A DNA stretch of 64,000 nt from Macrostomum hystrix. Its lineage: Eukaryota > Animalia > Platyhelminthes. The notes under the pieces are model-generated. The model worked only from the letters and a program-made list of their open reading frames with translations. It had not been told where the DNA came from and searched no databases. The stretch is taken from positions 1 through 64,000 of the forward strand of contig CATNEN010000003.1 of the NCBI GenBank assembly GCA_950097015.1. Reading direction: 5' to 3'. Shown here piece after piece: positions 12,001 through 27,000 of this stretch (position 1 is its first letter; each line of letters starts with the position of its first letter). The position numbers were made by a program, and so were the translations under genes.

Positions 12001-15000
12001 CGTGATTTGCAAAAAGCTTGAGCCTAGTTCTAACATTGCAGCGTATTGACATCTGTAGGAGCAGCAAGCTGAAACTCTAGCTGCGTTTCTATATTCCTGC
12101 TGATTGAGAGTGTGTAAGCGCACGTTTTAATCAAGGAATTTAATTATTGCCCCAGCGCACATTTCACAGACACAGTTCCTTAGTTCTGAAATAGCAGCAT
12201 ATATCGATCTGTGCGAGAAGCACGCGCAAACCTGTTCTAGATCGCTACACGGAGCATGATTGTTTTCTATGGTTGTTCCTGTATCAGCGTGCATCATTGC
12301 GCCTCTCAAAGTCAGGCATGCTAGCTGTAAGCTGCAATAGCAATCATTGGTTCTGATATTGCTGCACAAGACATCTGTGGGAGCAGCTAGATATAAAACT
12401 TTTGCTGCGTTCATATCTTCCTCTTGACTAGAGTAAGAGCACTTTCACTTAAGCAAACTAGCTACAGCCTTGAGTGTCCCTTCAAAATGCTTAAATAGCA
12501 GCATGTATCGATCTTTGCAAACAGCACGTGCAAAGCTGTTCTAGTGCACTTGCAAGAAGCTAAAATTGTTCTTTTCGCTTTTTCATTTACGGCGTGATTT
12601 GCAAAAAGCTTGAGCCTAGCTCTCACATTACAGCATATTGACATCTATAGGAGCAGCTAGCTGAAACTCTAGCTGCGTTTCTATATTCCTGCTGATTGAG
12701 AGTGTGTAAACGCACGTTTCAATCAAGGAATTTAATTATTGCCCCAGCGCCCAGTTCACAGACACAGTTCCTTAGTTCTGAAATAGCAGCATATATCGAT
12801 CTGTGCGAGAAGCACGCGCAAACCTGTTCTAGATCGCAACACGGAGCATGATTGTTTTCTATGGTTGTTCCTGTATCAGCGTGCATCATTGCGCCTCTCA
12901 AAGTTAGGCATGCTAGCTGTAAGCTGCAATAGCAATCATTTGTTCTGATATTGCTGCACAAGACATCTGTGGGAGCAGCTAGATATAAAACTTTTGCTGC
13001 GTTCATATCTTCCTCTTGACTAGAGTAAGAGCACTTTCACTTAAGCAAACTAGCTACAGCCTTGAGTGTCCCTTCAAAATGCTTAAATAGCAGCATGTAT
13101 CGATCTTTGCAAACAGCACGTGCAAAGCTGTTCTAGTGCACTTGCAAGAAGCTAAAATTGTTCTTTTCGCTTTTTCATTTACCGCGTGATTTGCAAAAAG
13201 CTTGAGCCTAGTTCTAACATTGCAGCATATTGACATCTGTAAGAGCAGCTAGCTGAAACTCTAGCTGCGTTTCTATATTCCTGCCTATTGAGAGTGTGTA
13301 AACGCACGTTTCAATCAAGGAATTTAATTATAGCCTCAGCGCCCAGTTCACAGACACAGTTCCTTAGTTCTGAAATAGCAGCATATATCGATCTGTGCGA
13401 GAAGCACGCGCAAACCTGTTCTAGATCGCTACACGGAGCATGATTGTTTTCTATGGTTGTTCCTGTATCAGCGTGCATCATTGCGCCTCTCAAAGTCAGG
13501 CATGCTAGATGTAAGCTGCAATAGCAATCATTGGTTCTGATATTGCTGCACAAGACATCTGTGGGAGCAGCTAGATGAAACTTTAGCCGCGTTCATATCT
13601 ACCTCTTGACTGGAGTAAGAGCACTTTCACTTAAGCAAACTGGCTACAGCCTTGAGTGTCCTTTGCAAATGATTAAATAGCAGCATGTATCGATCTTTGC
13701 AAACAGCACGTGCAAAGCTGTTCTAGTGCACGTGCAAGAAGCTCAAGTTGTTCTTTTCCTTTTTTCATTTACGGCGTGATTTGCAAAAAGCTTGAGCCTA
13801 GTTCTAACATTGCAGCGTATTGACATCTGTAGGAGCAGCAAGCTGAAACTCTAGCTGCGTTTCTATATTCCTGCTGATTGAGAGTGTGTAAGCGCACGTT
13901 TTAATCAAGGAATTTAATTATTGCCCCAGCGCACATTTCACAGACACAGTTCCTTAGTTCTGAAATAGCAGCATATATCGATCTGTGCGAGAAGCACGCG
14001 CAAACCTGTTCTAGATCGCTACACGGAGCATGATTGTTTTCTATGGTTGTTCCTGTATCAGCGTGCATCATTGCGCCTCTCAAAGTCAGGCATGCTAGCT
14101 GTAAGCTGCAATAGCAATCATTGGTTCTGATATTGCTGCACAAGACATCTGTGGGAGCAGCTAGATATAAAACTTTTGCTGCGTTCATATCTTCCTCTTG
14201 ACTAGAGTAAGAGCACTTTCACTTAAGCAAACTAGCTACAGCCTTGAGTTTTTCTTCAAAATGCTTAAATAGCAGCATGAATTGATCTTTGCAAACAGAA
14301 CGTGCAAAGCTGTTCTAGTGCACGTGCAAGAAGCTCAAGTTGTTCTTTTCGCTTATTCATGTACGGCGTGTTTTGCAAAATCCTGAGACTAATTCTAACA
14401 TTGCAGCATAATGACATCTGCGGGAGCAGCTAGCTAAAACTTTTGCTCCGTTCATATCTTCCAGCTGACTGGGAGAGTGTATAAGCGCCAATTCCAATCA
14501 AGGAAACAAAGTCTAGCCTCAGCGGCCCAACATAGTTCAGAAAAGCCATATAGCGCAATCAGTGCGAGAAGCACGCGCAAACCTGTTCTAGATCGCTACA
14601 CGGAGCATGATTGTTTTCTATGGTTGTTCCTTTATCAGCGTGCATCATTGCGCCTCTCAAAGTCAGGCATGCTAGCTGTAAGCTGCAATAGCAATCATTT
14701 GTTCTGATATTGCTGCACAAGACATCTGTGGGAGCAGCAAGATAAAACTTTAGCCGCGTTCATATCTTCCTCTTGACTGGAGTAAGAGCACTTTCACTTA
14801 AGCAAACTAGCTACAGCCTTGAGTGTCCTTTGCAAATGATTAAATAGCAGCATGTATCGATCTTTGCAAACAGCACGTGCAAAGCTGTTCTAGTGCACGT
14901 GCAAGAAGCTCAAGTTGTTCTTTTCCTTTTTTCATTTACGGCGTGATTTGCAAAAAGCTTGAGCCTAGTTCTAACATTGCAGCGTATTGACATCTGTAGG

Positions 15001-18000
15001 AGCAGCTAGCTGAAACTCTAGCTGCGTTTCTATATTCCTGCTGATTGAGAGTGTGTAAGCGCACGTTTTAATCAAGTAATTTAATTATTGCCCCAGCGCA
15101 CATTTCACAGACACAGTTCCTTAGTTCTGAAATAGCAGCATATATCGATCTGTGCGAGAAGCACGCGCAAACCTGTTCTAGATCGCTACACGGAGCATGA
15201 TTGTTTTCTATGGTTGTTCCTGTATCAGCGTCCATCATTGCGCCTCTCAAAGTCAGGCATGCTAGCTGTAAGCTGCAATAGTAATCACTGGTTCTGATAT
15301 TGCCGCACAAGACATCTGTGCGAGCAGCTAGATAAAACTTTAGCCGCGTTCATATCTTCCTCTTGACTAGAGTAAGAGCACTTTCACTTAAGCAAACTAG
15401 CTACAGCCTTGAGTGTCCTTTGCAAATGATTAAATAGCAGCATGTATCGATCTTTGCAAACAGCACGTGCAAAGCTGTTCTAGTACACGTGCAAGAAGCT
15501 TAAGTTGTTCTTTTCCGTTTTTCATTTACGGCGTAATTTGCAAAAAGCTTGAGCCTAGTTCTAACATTGCAGCATATTGACATCTGTAGGAGCAGCAAGC
15601 TGAAACTCTAGCTGCGTTTCTATATTCCTGCCTATTGAGAGTGTGTAAACGCACGTTTCAATCAAGGAATTTAATTATAGCCTCAGCGCCCAAGTCACAG
15701 ACACAGTTCCTTAGTTCTGAAATAGCAGCATATATCGATCTGTGCGAGAAGCACGCGCAAACCTGTTCTAGATGGCAACACGGAGCATGATTGTTTTCTA
15801 TGGTTGTTCCTGTATCAGCGTGCATCATTGCGCCTCTCAAAGTCAGGCATGCTAGCTGTAAGCTGCAATAGCAATCATTGGTTCTGATATTGCTGCACAA
15901 GACATCTGTGGGAGCAGCTAGATATAAAACTTTTGCTGCGTTCATATCTTCCTCTTGACTAGAGTAAGAGCACTTTCACTTAAGCAAACTAGCTACAGCC
16001 TTGAGTGTCCCTTCAAAATGCTTAAATAGCAGCATGTATCGATCTTTGCAAACAGCACGTGCAAAGCTGTTCTAGTGCACTTGCAAGAAGCTAAAATTGT
16101 TCTTTTCGCTTTTTCATTTACCGCGTGATTTGCAAAAAGCTTGAGCCTAGTTCTAACATTGCAGCATATTGACATCTGTAAGAGCAGCTAGCTGAAACTC
16201 TAGCTGCGTTTCTATATTCCTGCCTATTGAGAGTGTGTAAACGCACGTTTCAATCAAGGAATTTAATTATAGCCTCAGCGCCTAAGTCACCGACACAGTT
16301 CCTTAGTTCTGAAATAGCAGCATATATCGATCTGTGCGAGAAGCACGCGCAAACCTGTTCTAGATCGCAACACGGAGCATGATTGTTTTCTATGGTTGTT
16401 CCTGTATCAGCGTGCATCATTGCGCCTCTCAAAGTCAGGCATGCTAGCTGTAAGCTGCAATAGCAATCATTGGTTCTGATATTGCTGCACAAGACATCTG
16501 TGGGAGCAGCTAGATAAAACTTTAGCTGCGTTCATATCTTCCTCTTGACTAGAGTAAGAGCACTTTCACTTAAGCAAACTAGCTACAGCCTTGAGTGTCC
16601 CTTCAAAATGCTTAAATAGCAGCATGTATCGATCTTTGCAAACAGCACGTGCAAAGCTGTTCTAGTGCACTTGCAAGAAGCTAAAATTGTTCTTTTCGCT
16701 TTTTCATTTACGGCGTGATTTGCAAAAAGCTTGAGCCTAGCTCTCACATTACAGCATATTGACATCTATAGGAGCAGCTAGCTGAAACTCTAGCTGCGTT
16801 TCTATATTCCTGCTGATTGAGAGTGTGTAAACGCACGTTTCAATCAAGGAATTTAATTATTGCCCCAGCGCCCAGTTCACAGACACAGTTCCTTAGTTCT
16901 GAAATAGCAGCATATATCGATCTGTGCGAGAAGCACGCGCAAACCTGTTCTAGATCGCAACACGGAGCATGATTGTTTTCTATGGTTGTTCCTGTATCAG
17001 CGTGCATCATTGCGCCTCTCAAAGTTAGGCATGCTAGCTGTAAGCTGCAATAGCAATCATTTGTTCTGATATTGCTGCACAAGACATCTGTGGGAGCAGC
17101 TAGATATAAAACTTTTGCTGCGTTCATATCTTCCTCTTGACTAGAGTAAGAGCACTTTCACTTAAGCAAACTAGCTACAGCCTTGAGTGTCCCTTCAAAA
17201 TGCTTAAATAGCAGCATGTATCGATCTTTGCAAACAGCACGTGCAAAGCTGTTCTAGTGCACTTGCAAGAAGCTAAAATTGTTCTTTTCGCTTTTTCATT
17301 TACCGCGTGATTTGCAAAAAGCTTGAGCCTAGTTCTAACATTGCAGCATATTGACATCTGTAAGAGCAGCTAGCTGAAACTCTAGCTGCGTTTCTATATT
17401 CCTGCCTATTGAGAGTGTGTAAACGCACGTTTCAATCAAGGAATTTAATTATAGCCTCAGCGCCCAGTTCACAGACACAGTTCCTTAGTTCTGAAATAGC
17501 AGCATATATCGATCTGTGCGAGAAGCACGCGCAAACCTGTTCTAGATCGCTACACGGAGCATGATTGTTTTCTATGGTTGTTCCTGTATCAGCGTCCATC
17601 ATTGCGCCTCTCAAAGTCAGGCATGCTAGATGTAAGCTGCAATAGCAATCATTGGTTCTGATATTGCTGCACAAGACATCTGTGGGAGCAGCTAGATGAA
17701 ACTTTAGCCGCGTTCATATCTACCTCTTGACTGGAGTAAGAGCACTTTCACTTAAGCAAACTGGCTACAGCCTTGAGTGTCCTTTGCAAATGATTAAATA
17801 GCAGCATGTATCGATCTTTGCAAACAGCACGTGCAAAGCTGTTCTAGTGCACGTGCAAGAAGCTCAAGTTGTTCTTTTCCTTTTTTCATTTACGGCGTGA
17901 TTTGCAAAAAGCTTGAGCCTAGTTCTAACATTGCAGCGTATTGACATCTGTAGGAGCAGCAAGCTGAAACTCTAGCTGCGTTTCTATATTCCTGCTGATT

Positions 18001-21000
18001 GAGAGTGTGTAAGCGCACGTTTTAATCAAGGAATTTAATTATTGCCCCAGCGCACATTTCACAGACACAGTTCCTTAGTTCTGAAATAGCAGCATATATC
18101 GATCTGTGCGAGAAGCACGCGCAAACCTGTTCTAGATCGCTACACGGAGCATGATTGTTTTCTATGGTTGTTCCTGTATCAGCGTGCATCATTGCGCCTC
18201 TCAAAGTCAGGCATGCTAGCTGTAAGCTGCAATAGCAATCATTGGTTCTGATATTGCTGCACAAGACATCTGTGGGAGCAGCTAGATATAAAACTTTTGC
18301 TGCGTTCATATCTTCCTCTTGACTAGAGTAAGAGCACTTTCACTTAAGCAAACTAGCTACAGCCTTGAGTGTCCCTTCAAAATGCTTAAATAGCAGCATG
18401 TATCGATCTTTGCAAACAGCACGTGCAAAGCTGTTCTAGTGCACTTGCAAGAAGCTAAAATTGTTCTTTTCGCTTTTTCATTTACGGCGTGATTTGCAAA
18501 AAGCTTGAGCCTAGCTCTCACATTACAGCATATTGACATCTATAGGAGCAGCTAGCTGAAACTCTAGCTGCGTTTCTATATTCCTGCTGATTGAGAGTGT
18601 GTAAACGCACGTTTCAATCAAGGAATTTAATTATTGCCCCAGCGCCCAGTTCACAGACACAGTTCCTTAGTTCTGAAATAGCAGCATATATCGATCTGTG
18701 CGAGAAGCACGCGCAAACCTGTTCTAGATCGCAACACGGAGCATGATTGTTTTCTATGGTTGTTCCTGTATCAGCGTGCATCATTGCGCCTCTCAAAGTT
18801 AGGCATGCTAGCTGTAAGCTGCAATAGCAATCATTTGTTCTGATATTGCTGCACAAGACATCTGTGGGAGCAGCTAGATATAAAACTTTTGCTGCGTTCA
18901 TATCTTCCTCTTGACTAGAGTAAGAGCACTTTCACTTAAGCAAACTAGCTACAGCCTTGAGTGTCCCTTCAAAATGCTTAAATAGCAGCATGTATCGATC
19001 TTTGCAAACAGCACGTGCAAAGCTGTTCTAGTGCACTTGCAAGAAGCTAAAATTGTTCTTTTCGCTTTTTCATTTACCGCGTGATTTGCAAAAAGCTTGA
19101 GCCTAGTTCTAACATTGCAGCATATTGACATCTGTAAGAGCAGCTAGCTGAAACTCTAGCTGCGTTTCTATATTCCTGCCTATTGAGAGTGTGTAAACGC
19201 ACGTTTCAATCAAGGAATTTAATTATAGCCTCAGCGCCCAGTTCACAGACACAGTTCCTTAGTTCTGAAATAGCAGCATATATCGATCTGTGCGAGAAGC
19301 ACGCGCAAACCTGTTCTAGATCGCTACACGGAGCATGATTGTTTTCTATGGTTGTTCCTGTATCAGCGTGCATCATTGCGCCTCTCAAAGTCAGGCATGC
19401 TAGATGTAAGCTGCAATAGCAATCATTGGTTCTGATATTGCTGCACAAGACATCTGTGGGAGCAGCTAGATGAAACTTTAGCCGCGTTCATATCTACCTC
19501 TTGACTGGAGTAAGAGCACTTTCACTTAAGCAAACTGGCTACAGCCTTGAGTGTCCTTTGCAAATGATTAAATAGCAGCATGTATCGATCTTTGCAAACA
19601 GCACGTGCAAAGCTGTTCTAGTGCACGTGCAAGAAGCTCAAGTTGTTCTTTTCCTTTTTTCATTTACGGCGTGATTTGCAAAAAGCTTGAGCCTAGTTCT
19701 AACATTGCAGCGTATTGACATCTGTAGGAGCAGCAAGCTGAAACTCTAGCTGCGTTTCTATATTCCTGCTGATTGAGAGTGTGTAAGCGCACGTTTTAAT
19801 CAAGGAATTTAATTATTGCCCCAGCGCACATTTCACAGACACAGTTCCTTAGTTCTGAAATAGCAGCATATATCGATCTGTGCGAGAAGCACGCGCAAAC
19901 CTGTTCTAGATCGCTACACGGAGCATGATTGTTTTCTATGGTTGTTCCTGTATCAGCGTGCATCATTGCGCCTCTCAAAGTCAGGCATGCTAGCTGTAAG
20001 CTGCAATAGCAATCATTGGTTCTGATATTGCTGCACAAGACATCTGTGGGAGCAGCTAGATATAAAACTTTTGCTGCGTTCATATCTTCCTCTTGACTAG
20101 AGTAAGAGCACTTTCACTTAAGCAAACTAGCTACAGCCTTGAGTTTTTCTTCAAAATGCTTAAATAGCAGCATGAATTGATCTTTGCAAACAGAACGTGC
20201 AAAGCTGTTCTAGTGCACGTGCAAGAAGCTCAAGTTGTTCTTTTCGCTTATTCATGTACGGCGTGTTTTGCAAAATCCTGAGACTAATTCTAACATTGCA
20301 GCATAATGACATCTGCGGGAGCAGCTAGCTAAAACTTTTGCTCCGTTCATATCTTCCAGCTGACTGGGAGAGTGTATAAGCGCCAATTCCAATCAAGGAA
20401 ACAAAGTCTAGCCTCAGCGGCCCAACATAGTTCAGAAAAGCCATATAGCGCAATCAGTGCGAGAAGCACGCGCAAACCTGTTCTAGATCGCTACACGGAG
20501 CATGATTGTTTTCTATGGTTGTTCCTTTATCAGCGTGCATCATTGCGCCTCTCAAAGTCAGGCATGCTAGCTGTAAGCTGCAATAGCAATCATTTGTTCT
20601 GATATTGCTGCACAAGACATCTGTGGGAGCAGCAAGATAAAACTTTAGCCGCGTTCATATCTTCCTCTTGACTGGAGTAAGAGCACTTTCACTTAAGCAA
20701 ACTAGCTACAGCCTTGAGTGTCCTTTGCAAATGATTAAATAGCAGCATGTATCGATCTTTGCAAACAGCACGTGCAAAGCTGTTCTAGTGCACGTGCAAG
20801 AAGCTCAAGTTGTTCTTTTCCTTTTTTCATTTACGGCGTGATTTGCAAAAAGCTTGAGCCTAGTTCTAACATTGCAGCGTATTGACATCTGTAGGAGCAG
20901 CTAGCTGAAACTCTAGCTGCGTTTCTATATTCCTGCTGATTGAGAGTGTGTAAGCGCACGTTTTAATCAAGTAATTTAATTATTGCCCCAGCGCACATTT

Positions 21001-24000
21001 CACAGACACAGTTCCTTAGTTCTGAAATAGCAGCATATATCGATCTGTGCGAGAAGCACGCGCAAACCTGTTCTAGATCGCTACACGGAGCATGATTGTT
21101 TTCTATGGTTGTTCCTGTATCAGCGTCCATCATTGCGCCTCTCAAAGTCAGGCATGCTAGCTGTAAGCTGCAATAGTAATCACTGGTTCTGATATTGCCG
21201 CACAAGACATCTGTGCGAGCAGCTAGATAAAACTTTAGCCGCGTTCATATCTTCCTCTTGACTAGAGTAAGAGCACTTTCACTTAAGCAAACTAGCTACA
21301 GCCTTGAGTGTCCTTTGCAAATGATTAAATAGCAGCATGTATCGATCTTTGCAAACAGCACGTGCAAAGCTGTTCTAGTACACGTGCAAGAAGCTTAAGT
21401 TGTTCTTTTCCGTTTTTCATTTACGGCGTAATTTGCAAAAAGCTTGAGCCTAGTTCTAACATTGCAGCATATTGACATCTGTAGGAGCAGCAAGCTGAAA
21501 CTCTAGCTGCGTTTCTATATTCCTGCTGATTGAGAGTGTGTAAACGCACGTTTCAATCAAGGAATTTAATTATTGCTCCAGCGCCCAGTTCACAGACACA
21601 GTTCCTTAGTTCTGAAATAGCAGCATATATCGATCTGTGCGAGAAGCACGCGCAAACCTGTTCTAGATCGCTACACGGAGCATGATTGTTTTCTATGGTT
21701 GTTCCTGTATCAGCGTCCATCATTGCGCCTCTCAAAGTCAGGCATGCTAGCTGTAAGCTGCAATAGTAATCACTGGTTCTGATATTGCCGCACAAGACAT
21801 CTGTGCGAGTAGCTAGATAAAACTTTAGCCGCGTTCATATCTTCCTCTTGACTAGAGTAAGAGCACTTTCACTTAAGCAAACTAGCTACAGCCTTGAGTG
21901 TCCTTTGCAAATGATTAAATAGCAGCATGTATCGATCTTTGCAAACAGCACGTGCAAAGCTGTTCTAGTACACGTGCAAGAAGCTTAAGTTGTTCTTTTC
22001 CGTTTTTCATTTACGGCGTGATTTGCAAAAAGCTTGAGCCTAGTTCTAACATTGCAGCATATTGACATCTGTAGGAGCAGCAAGCTGAAACTCTAGCTGC
22101 GTTTCTATATTCCTGCTGATTGAGAGTGTGTAAACGCACGTTTCAATCAAGGAATTTAATTATTGCTCCAGCGCCCAGTTCACAGACACAGTTCCTTAGT
22201 TCTGAAATAGCAGCATATATCGATCTGTGCGAGAAGCACGCGCAAAGCTGTTCTAGATCGCTACACAGAGCATGATTGTTTTCTATGGTTGTTCCTGTAT
22301 CAGCGTGCATCATTGCGCCTCTCAAAGTCAGGCATGCTAGCTGTAAGCTGCAATAGCAATCATTGGTTCTGATATTGCTGCACAAGACATCTGTGGGAGA
22401 AGCTAGATAAAACTTTAGCCGCGTTCATATCTTCCTCTTGACTAGAGTAAGAGCACTTTCACTTAAGCAAACTAGCTACAGCCTTGAGTGTCCTTTGCAA
22501 ATGATTAAATAGCAGCATGTATCGATCTCTGCAAACAGCACGTGCAAAGCTGTTCTAGTGCACGTGCAAGAAGCTTAAGTTGTTCTTTTCCTTTTTTCAT
22601 TTACGGCGTGATTTGCAAAAACCTTGAGCCTAGTTCTAACATTGCAGCATATTGACATCTATAGGAGCAGCTAGCTGAAACTCTAGCTGCGTTTCTATAT
22701 TCCTGCTGATTGAGAGTGTGTAAACGCACGTTTCAATCAAGGAATTTAATTATTGCCCCAGCGCCCAGTTCACAGACACAGTTCCTTAGTTCTAAAATAG
22801 CAGCATATATCGATCTGTGCAAGAAGCACGCGCAAACCTGTTCTAGATCGCAACACGGAGCATGATTGTTTTCTATGGTTGTTCCTGTATCAGCGTGCAT
22901 CATTGCGCCTCTCAAAGTCAGGCATGCTAGCTGTAAGCTGCAATAGCAATCATTGGTTCTGATATTGCTGCACAAGACATCTGTGGGAGCAGCTAGATAT
23001 AAAACTTTTGCTGCGTTCATATCTTCCTCTTGACTAGAGTAAGAGCACTTTCACTTAAGCAAACTAGCTACAGCCTTGAGTTTTTCTTCAAAATGCTTAA
23101 ATAGCAGCATGAATTGATCTTTGCAAACAGAACGTGCAAAGCTGTTCTAGTGCACGTGCAAGAAGCTCAAGTTGTTCTTTTCGCTTATTCATGTACGGCG
23201 TGTTTTGCAAAATCCTGAGACTAATTCTAACATTGCAGCATAATGACATCTGCGGGAGCAGCTAGCTAAAACTTTTGCTCCGTTCATATCTTCCAGCTGA
23301 CTGGGAGAGTGTATAAGCGCCAATTCCAATCAAGGAAACAAAGTCTAGCCTCAGCGCCCCAACATAGTTCAGAAAAGCCATATAGCGCAATCAGTGCGAG
23401 AAGCACGCGCAAACCTGTTCTAGATCGCTACACGGAGCATGATTGTTTTCTATGGTTGTTCCTTTATCAGCGTGCATCATTGCGCCTCTCAAAGTCAGGC
23501 ATGCTAGCTGTAAGCTGCAATAGCAATCATTTGTTCTGATATTGCTGCACAAGACATCTGTGGGAGCAGCTAGATAAAACTTTAGCCGCGTTCATATCTA
23601 CCTCTTGACTAGAGTAAGAGCACTTTCACTTAAGCAAACTGGCTACAGCCTTGAGTGTCCTTTGCAAATGATTAAATAGCAGCATGTATCGATCTTTGCA
23701 AACAGCACGTGCAAAGCTGTTCTAGTGCACGTGCCAGAAGCTCAAGTTGTTCTTTTCGCTTTTTCATTTGCGGCGTGATTTGCAAAAAGCTTGAGCCTAG
23801 CTCTAACATTGCAGCATATTGACATCTGTAGGAGCAGCTAGCTGAAACTCTAGCTGCGTTTCTATATTCCTGCTGATTGAGAGTGTGTAAACGCACGTTT
23901 CAATCAAGGAATTTAATTATAGCCTCAGCGCCCAGTTCACAGACACAGTTCCTTAGTTCTGAAATTGCAGCATATATCGATCTGTGCGAGAAGCACGCGC

Positions 24001-27000
24001 AAACCTGTTCTAGATGGCAACACGGAGCATGATTGTTTTCTATGGTTGTTCCTGTATCAGCGTGCATCATTGCGCCTCTCAAAGTCAGGCATGCTAGCTG
24101 TAAGCTGCAATAGCAATCATTGGTTCTGATATTGCTTCACAAGACATCTGTGGGAGCAGCTAGATATAAAACTTTAGCCTGCGTTCATATCTTCCTCTTG
24201 ACTGGAGTAAGAGCACTTTCACTTAAGCAAACTAGCTACAGCCTTGAGTGTCCCTTCAAAATGCTTAAATAGCAGCATGTATCGATCTTTGCAAACAGCA
24301 CGTGCAAAGCTGTTCTAGTGCACTTGCAAGAAGCTAAAATTGTTCTTTTCGCTTTTTCATTTACCGCGTGATTTGCAAAAAGCTTGAGCCTAGTTCTAAC
24401 ATTGCAGCATATTGACATCTGTAAGAGCAGCTAGCTGAAACTCTAGCTGCGTTTCTATATTCCTGCCTATTGAGAGTGTGTAAACGCACGTTTCAATCAA
24501 GGAATTTAATTATAGCCTCAGCGCCTAAGTCAGAGACACAGTTCCTTAGTTCTGAAATAGCAGCATATATCGATCTGTGCGAGAAGCACGCGCAAACCTG
24601 TTCTAGATCGCAACACGGAGCATGATTGTTTTCTATGGTTGTTCCTGTATCAGCGTGCATCATTGCGCCTCTCAAAGTCAGGCATGCTAGCTGTAAGCTG
24701 CAATAGCAATCATTGGTTCTGATATTGCTGCACAAGACATCTGTGGGAGCAGCTAGATAAAACTTTAGCCGCGTTCATATCTACCTCTTGACTAGAGTAA
24801 GAGCACTTTCACTTAAGCAAACTGGCTACAGCCTTGAGTGTCCTTTGCAAATGATTAAATAGCAGCATGTATCGATCTTTGCAAACAGCACGTGCAAAGC
24901 TGTTCTAGTGCACGTGCAAGAAGCTCAAGTTGTTCTTTTCGCTTTTTCATTTACGGCGTGATTTGCAAAAAGCTTGAGCCTAGCTCTAACATTGCAGCAT
25001 ATTGACATCTGTAGGAGCAGCTAGCTGAAACTCTAGCTGCGTTTCTATATTCCTGCCTATTGAGAGTGTGTAAACGCACGTTTCAATCAAGGAATTTAAT
25101 TATAGCCTCAGCGCATAAGTCACAGACACAGTTCCTTAGTTCTGAAATAGCAGCATATATCGATCTGTGCGAGAAGCACGCGCAAACCTGTTCTAGATGG
25201 CAACACGGAGCATGATTGTTTTCTATGGTTGTTCCTGTATCAGCGTGCATCATTGCGCCTCTCAAAGTCAGGCATGCTAGCTGTAAGCTGCAATAGCAAT
25301 CATTGGTTCTGATATTGCTGCACAAGACATCTGTGGGAGCAGCTAGATATAAAACTTTTGCTGCGTTCATATCTTCCTCTTGACTAGAGTAAGAGCACTT
25401 TCACTTAAGCAAACTAGCTACAGCCTTGAGTTTTTCTTCAAAATGCTTAAATAGCAGCATGAATTGATCTTTGCAAACAGAACGTGCAAAGCTGTTCTAG
25501 TGCACGTGCAAGAAGCTCAAGTTGTTCTTTTCGCTTATTCATGTACGGCGTGTTTTGCAAAATCCTGAGACTAATTCTAACATTGCAGCATAATGACATC
25601 TGCGGGAGCAGCTAGCTAAAACTTTTGCTCCGTTCATATCTTCCAGCTGACTGGGAGAGTGTATAAGCGCCAATTCCAATCAAGGAAACAAAGTCTAGCC
25701 TCAGCGCCCCAACATAGTTCAGAAAAGCCATATAGCGCAATCAGTGCGAGAAGCACGCGCAAACCTGTTCTAGATCGCTACACGGAGCATGATTGTTTTC
25801 TATGGTTGTTCCTTTATCAGCGTGCATCATTGCGCCTCTCAAAGTCAGGCATGCTAGCTGTAAGCTGCAATAGCAATCATTTGTTCTGATATTGCTGCAC
25901 AAGACATCTGTGGGAGCAGCTAGATAAAACTTTAGCCGCGTTCATATCTACCTCTTGACTAGAGTAAGAGCACTTTCACTTAAGCAAACTGGCTACAGCC
26001 TTGAGTGTCCTTTGCAAATGATTAAATAGCAGCATGTATCGATCTTTGCAAACAGCACGTGCAAAGCTGTTCTAGTGCACGTGCCAGAAGCTCAAGTTGT
26101 TCTTTTCGCTTTTTCATTTGCGGCGTGATTTGCAAAAAGCTTGAGCCTAGCTCTAACATTGCAGCATATTGACATCTGTAGGAGCAGCTAGCTGAAACTC
26201 TAGCTGCGTTTCTATATTCCTGCTGATTGAGAGTGTGTAAACGCACGTTTCAATCAAGGAATTTAATTATAGCCTCAGCGCCCAGTTCACAGACACAGTT
26301 CCTTAGTTCTGAAATAGCAGCATATATCGATCTGTGCGAGAAGCACGCGCAAACCTGTTCTAGATGGCAACACGGAGCATGATTGTTTTCTATGGTTGTT
26401 CCTGTATCAGCGTGCATCATTGCGCCTCTCAAAGTCAGGCATGCTAGCTGTAAGCTGCAATAGCAATCATTGGTTCTGATATTGCTGCACAAGACATCTG
26501 TGGGAGCAGCTAGATATAAAACTTTAGCTGCGTTCATATCTTCCTCTTGACTGGAGTAAGAGCACTTTCACTTAAGCAAACTAGCTACAGCCTTGAGTGT
26601 CCCTTCAAAATGCTTAAATAGCAGCATGTATCGATCTTTGCAAACAGCACGTGCAAAGCTGTTCTAGTGCACTTGCAAGAAGCTAAAATTGTTCTTTTCG
26701 CTTTTTCATTTACCGCGTGATTTGCAAAAAGCTTGAGCCTAGTTCTAACATTGCAGCATATTGACATCTGTAAGAGCAGCTAGCTGAAACTCTAGCTGCG
26801 TTTCTATATTCCTGCCTATTGAGAGTGTGTAAACGCACGTTTCAATCAAGGAATTTAATTATAGCCTCAGCGCCTAAGTCAGAGACACAGTTCCTTAGTT
26901 CTGAAATAGCAGCATATATCGATCTGTGCGAGAAGCACGCGCAAACCTGTTCTAGATGGCAACACGGAGCATGATTGTTTTCTATGGTTGTTCCTGTATC

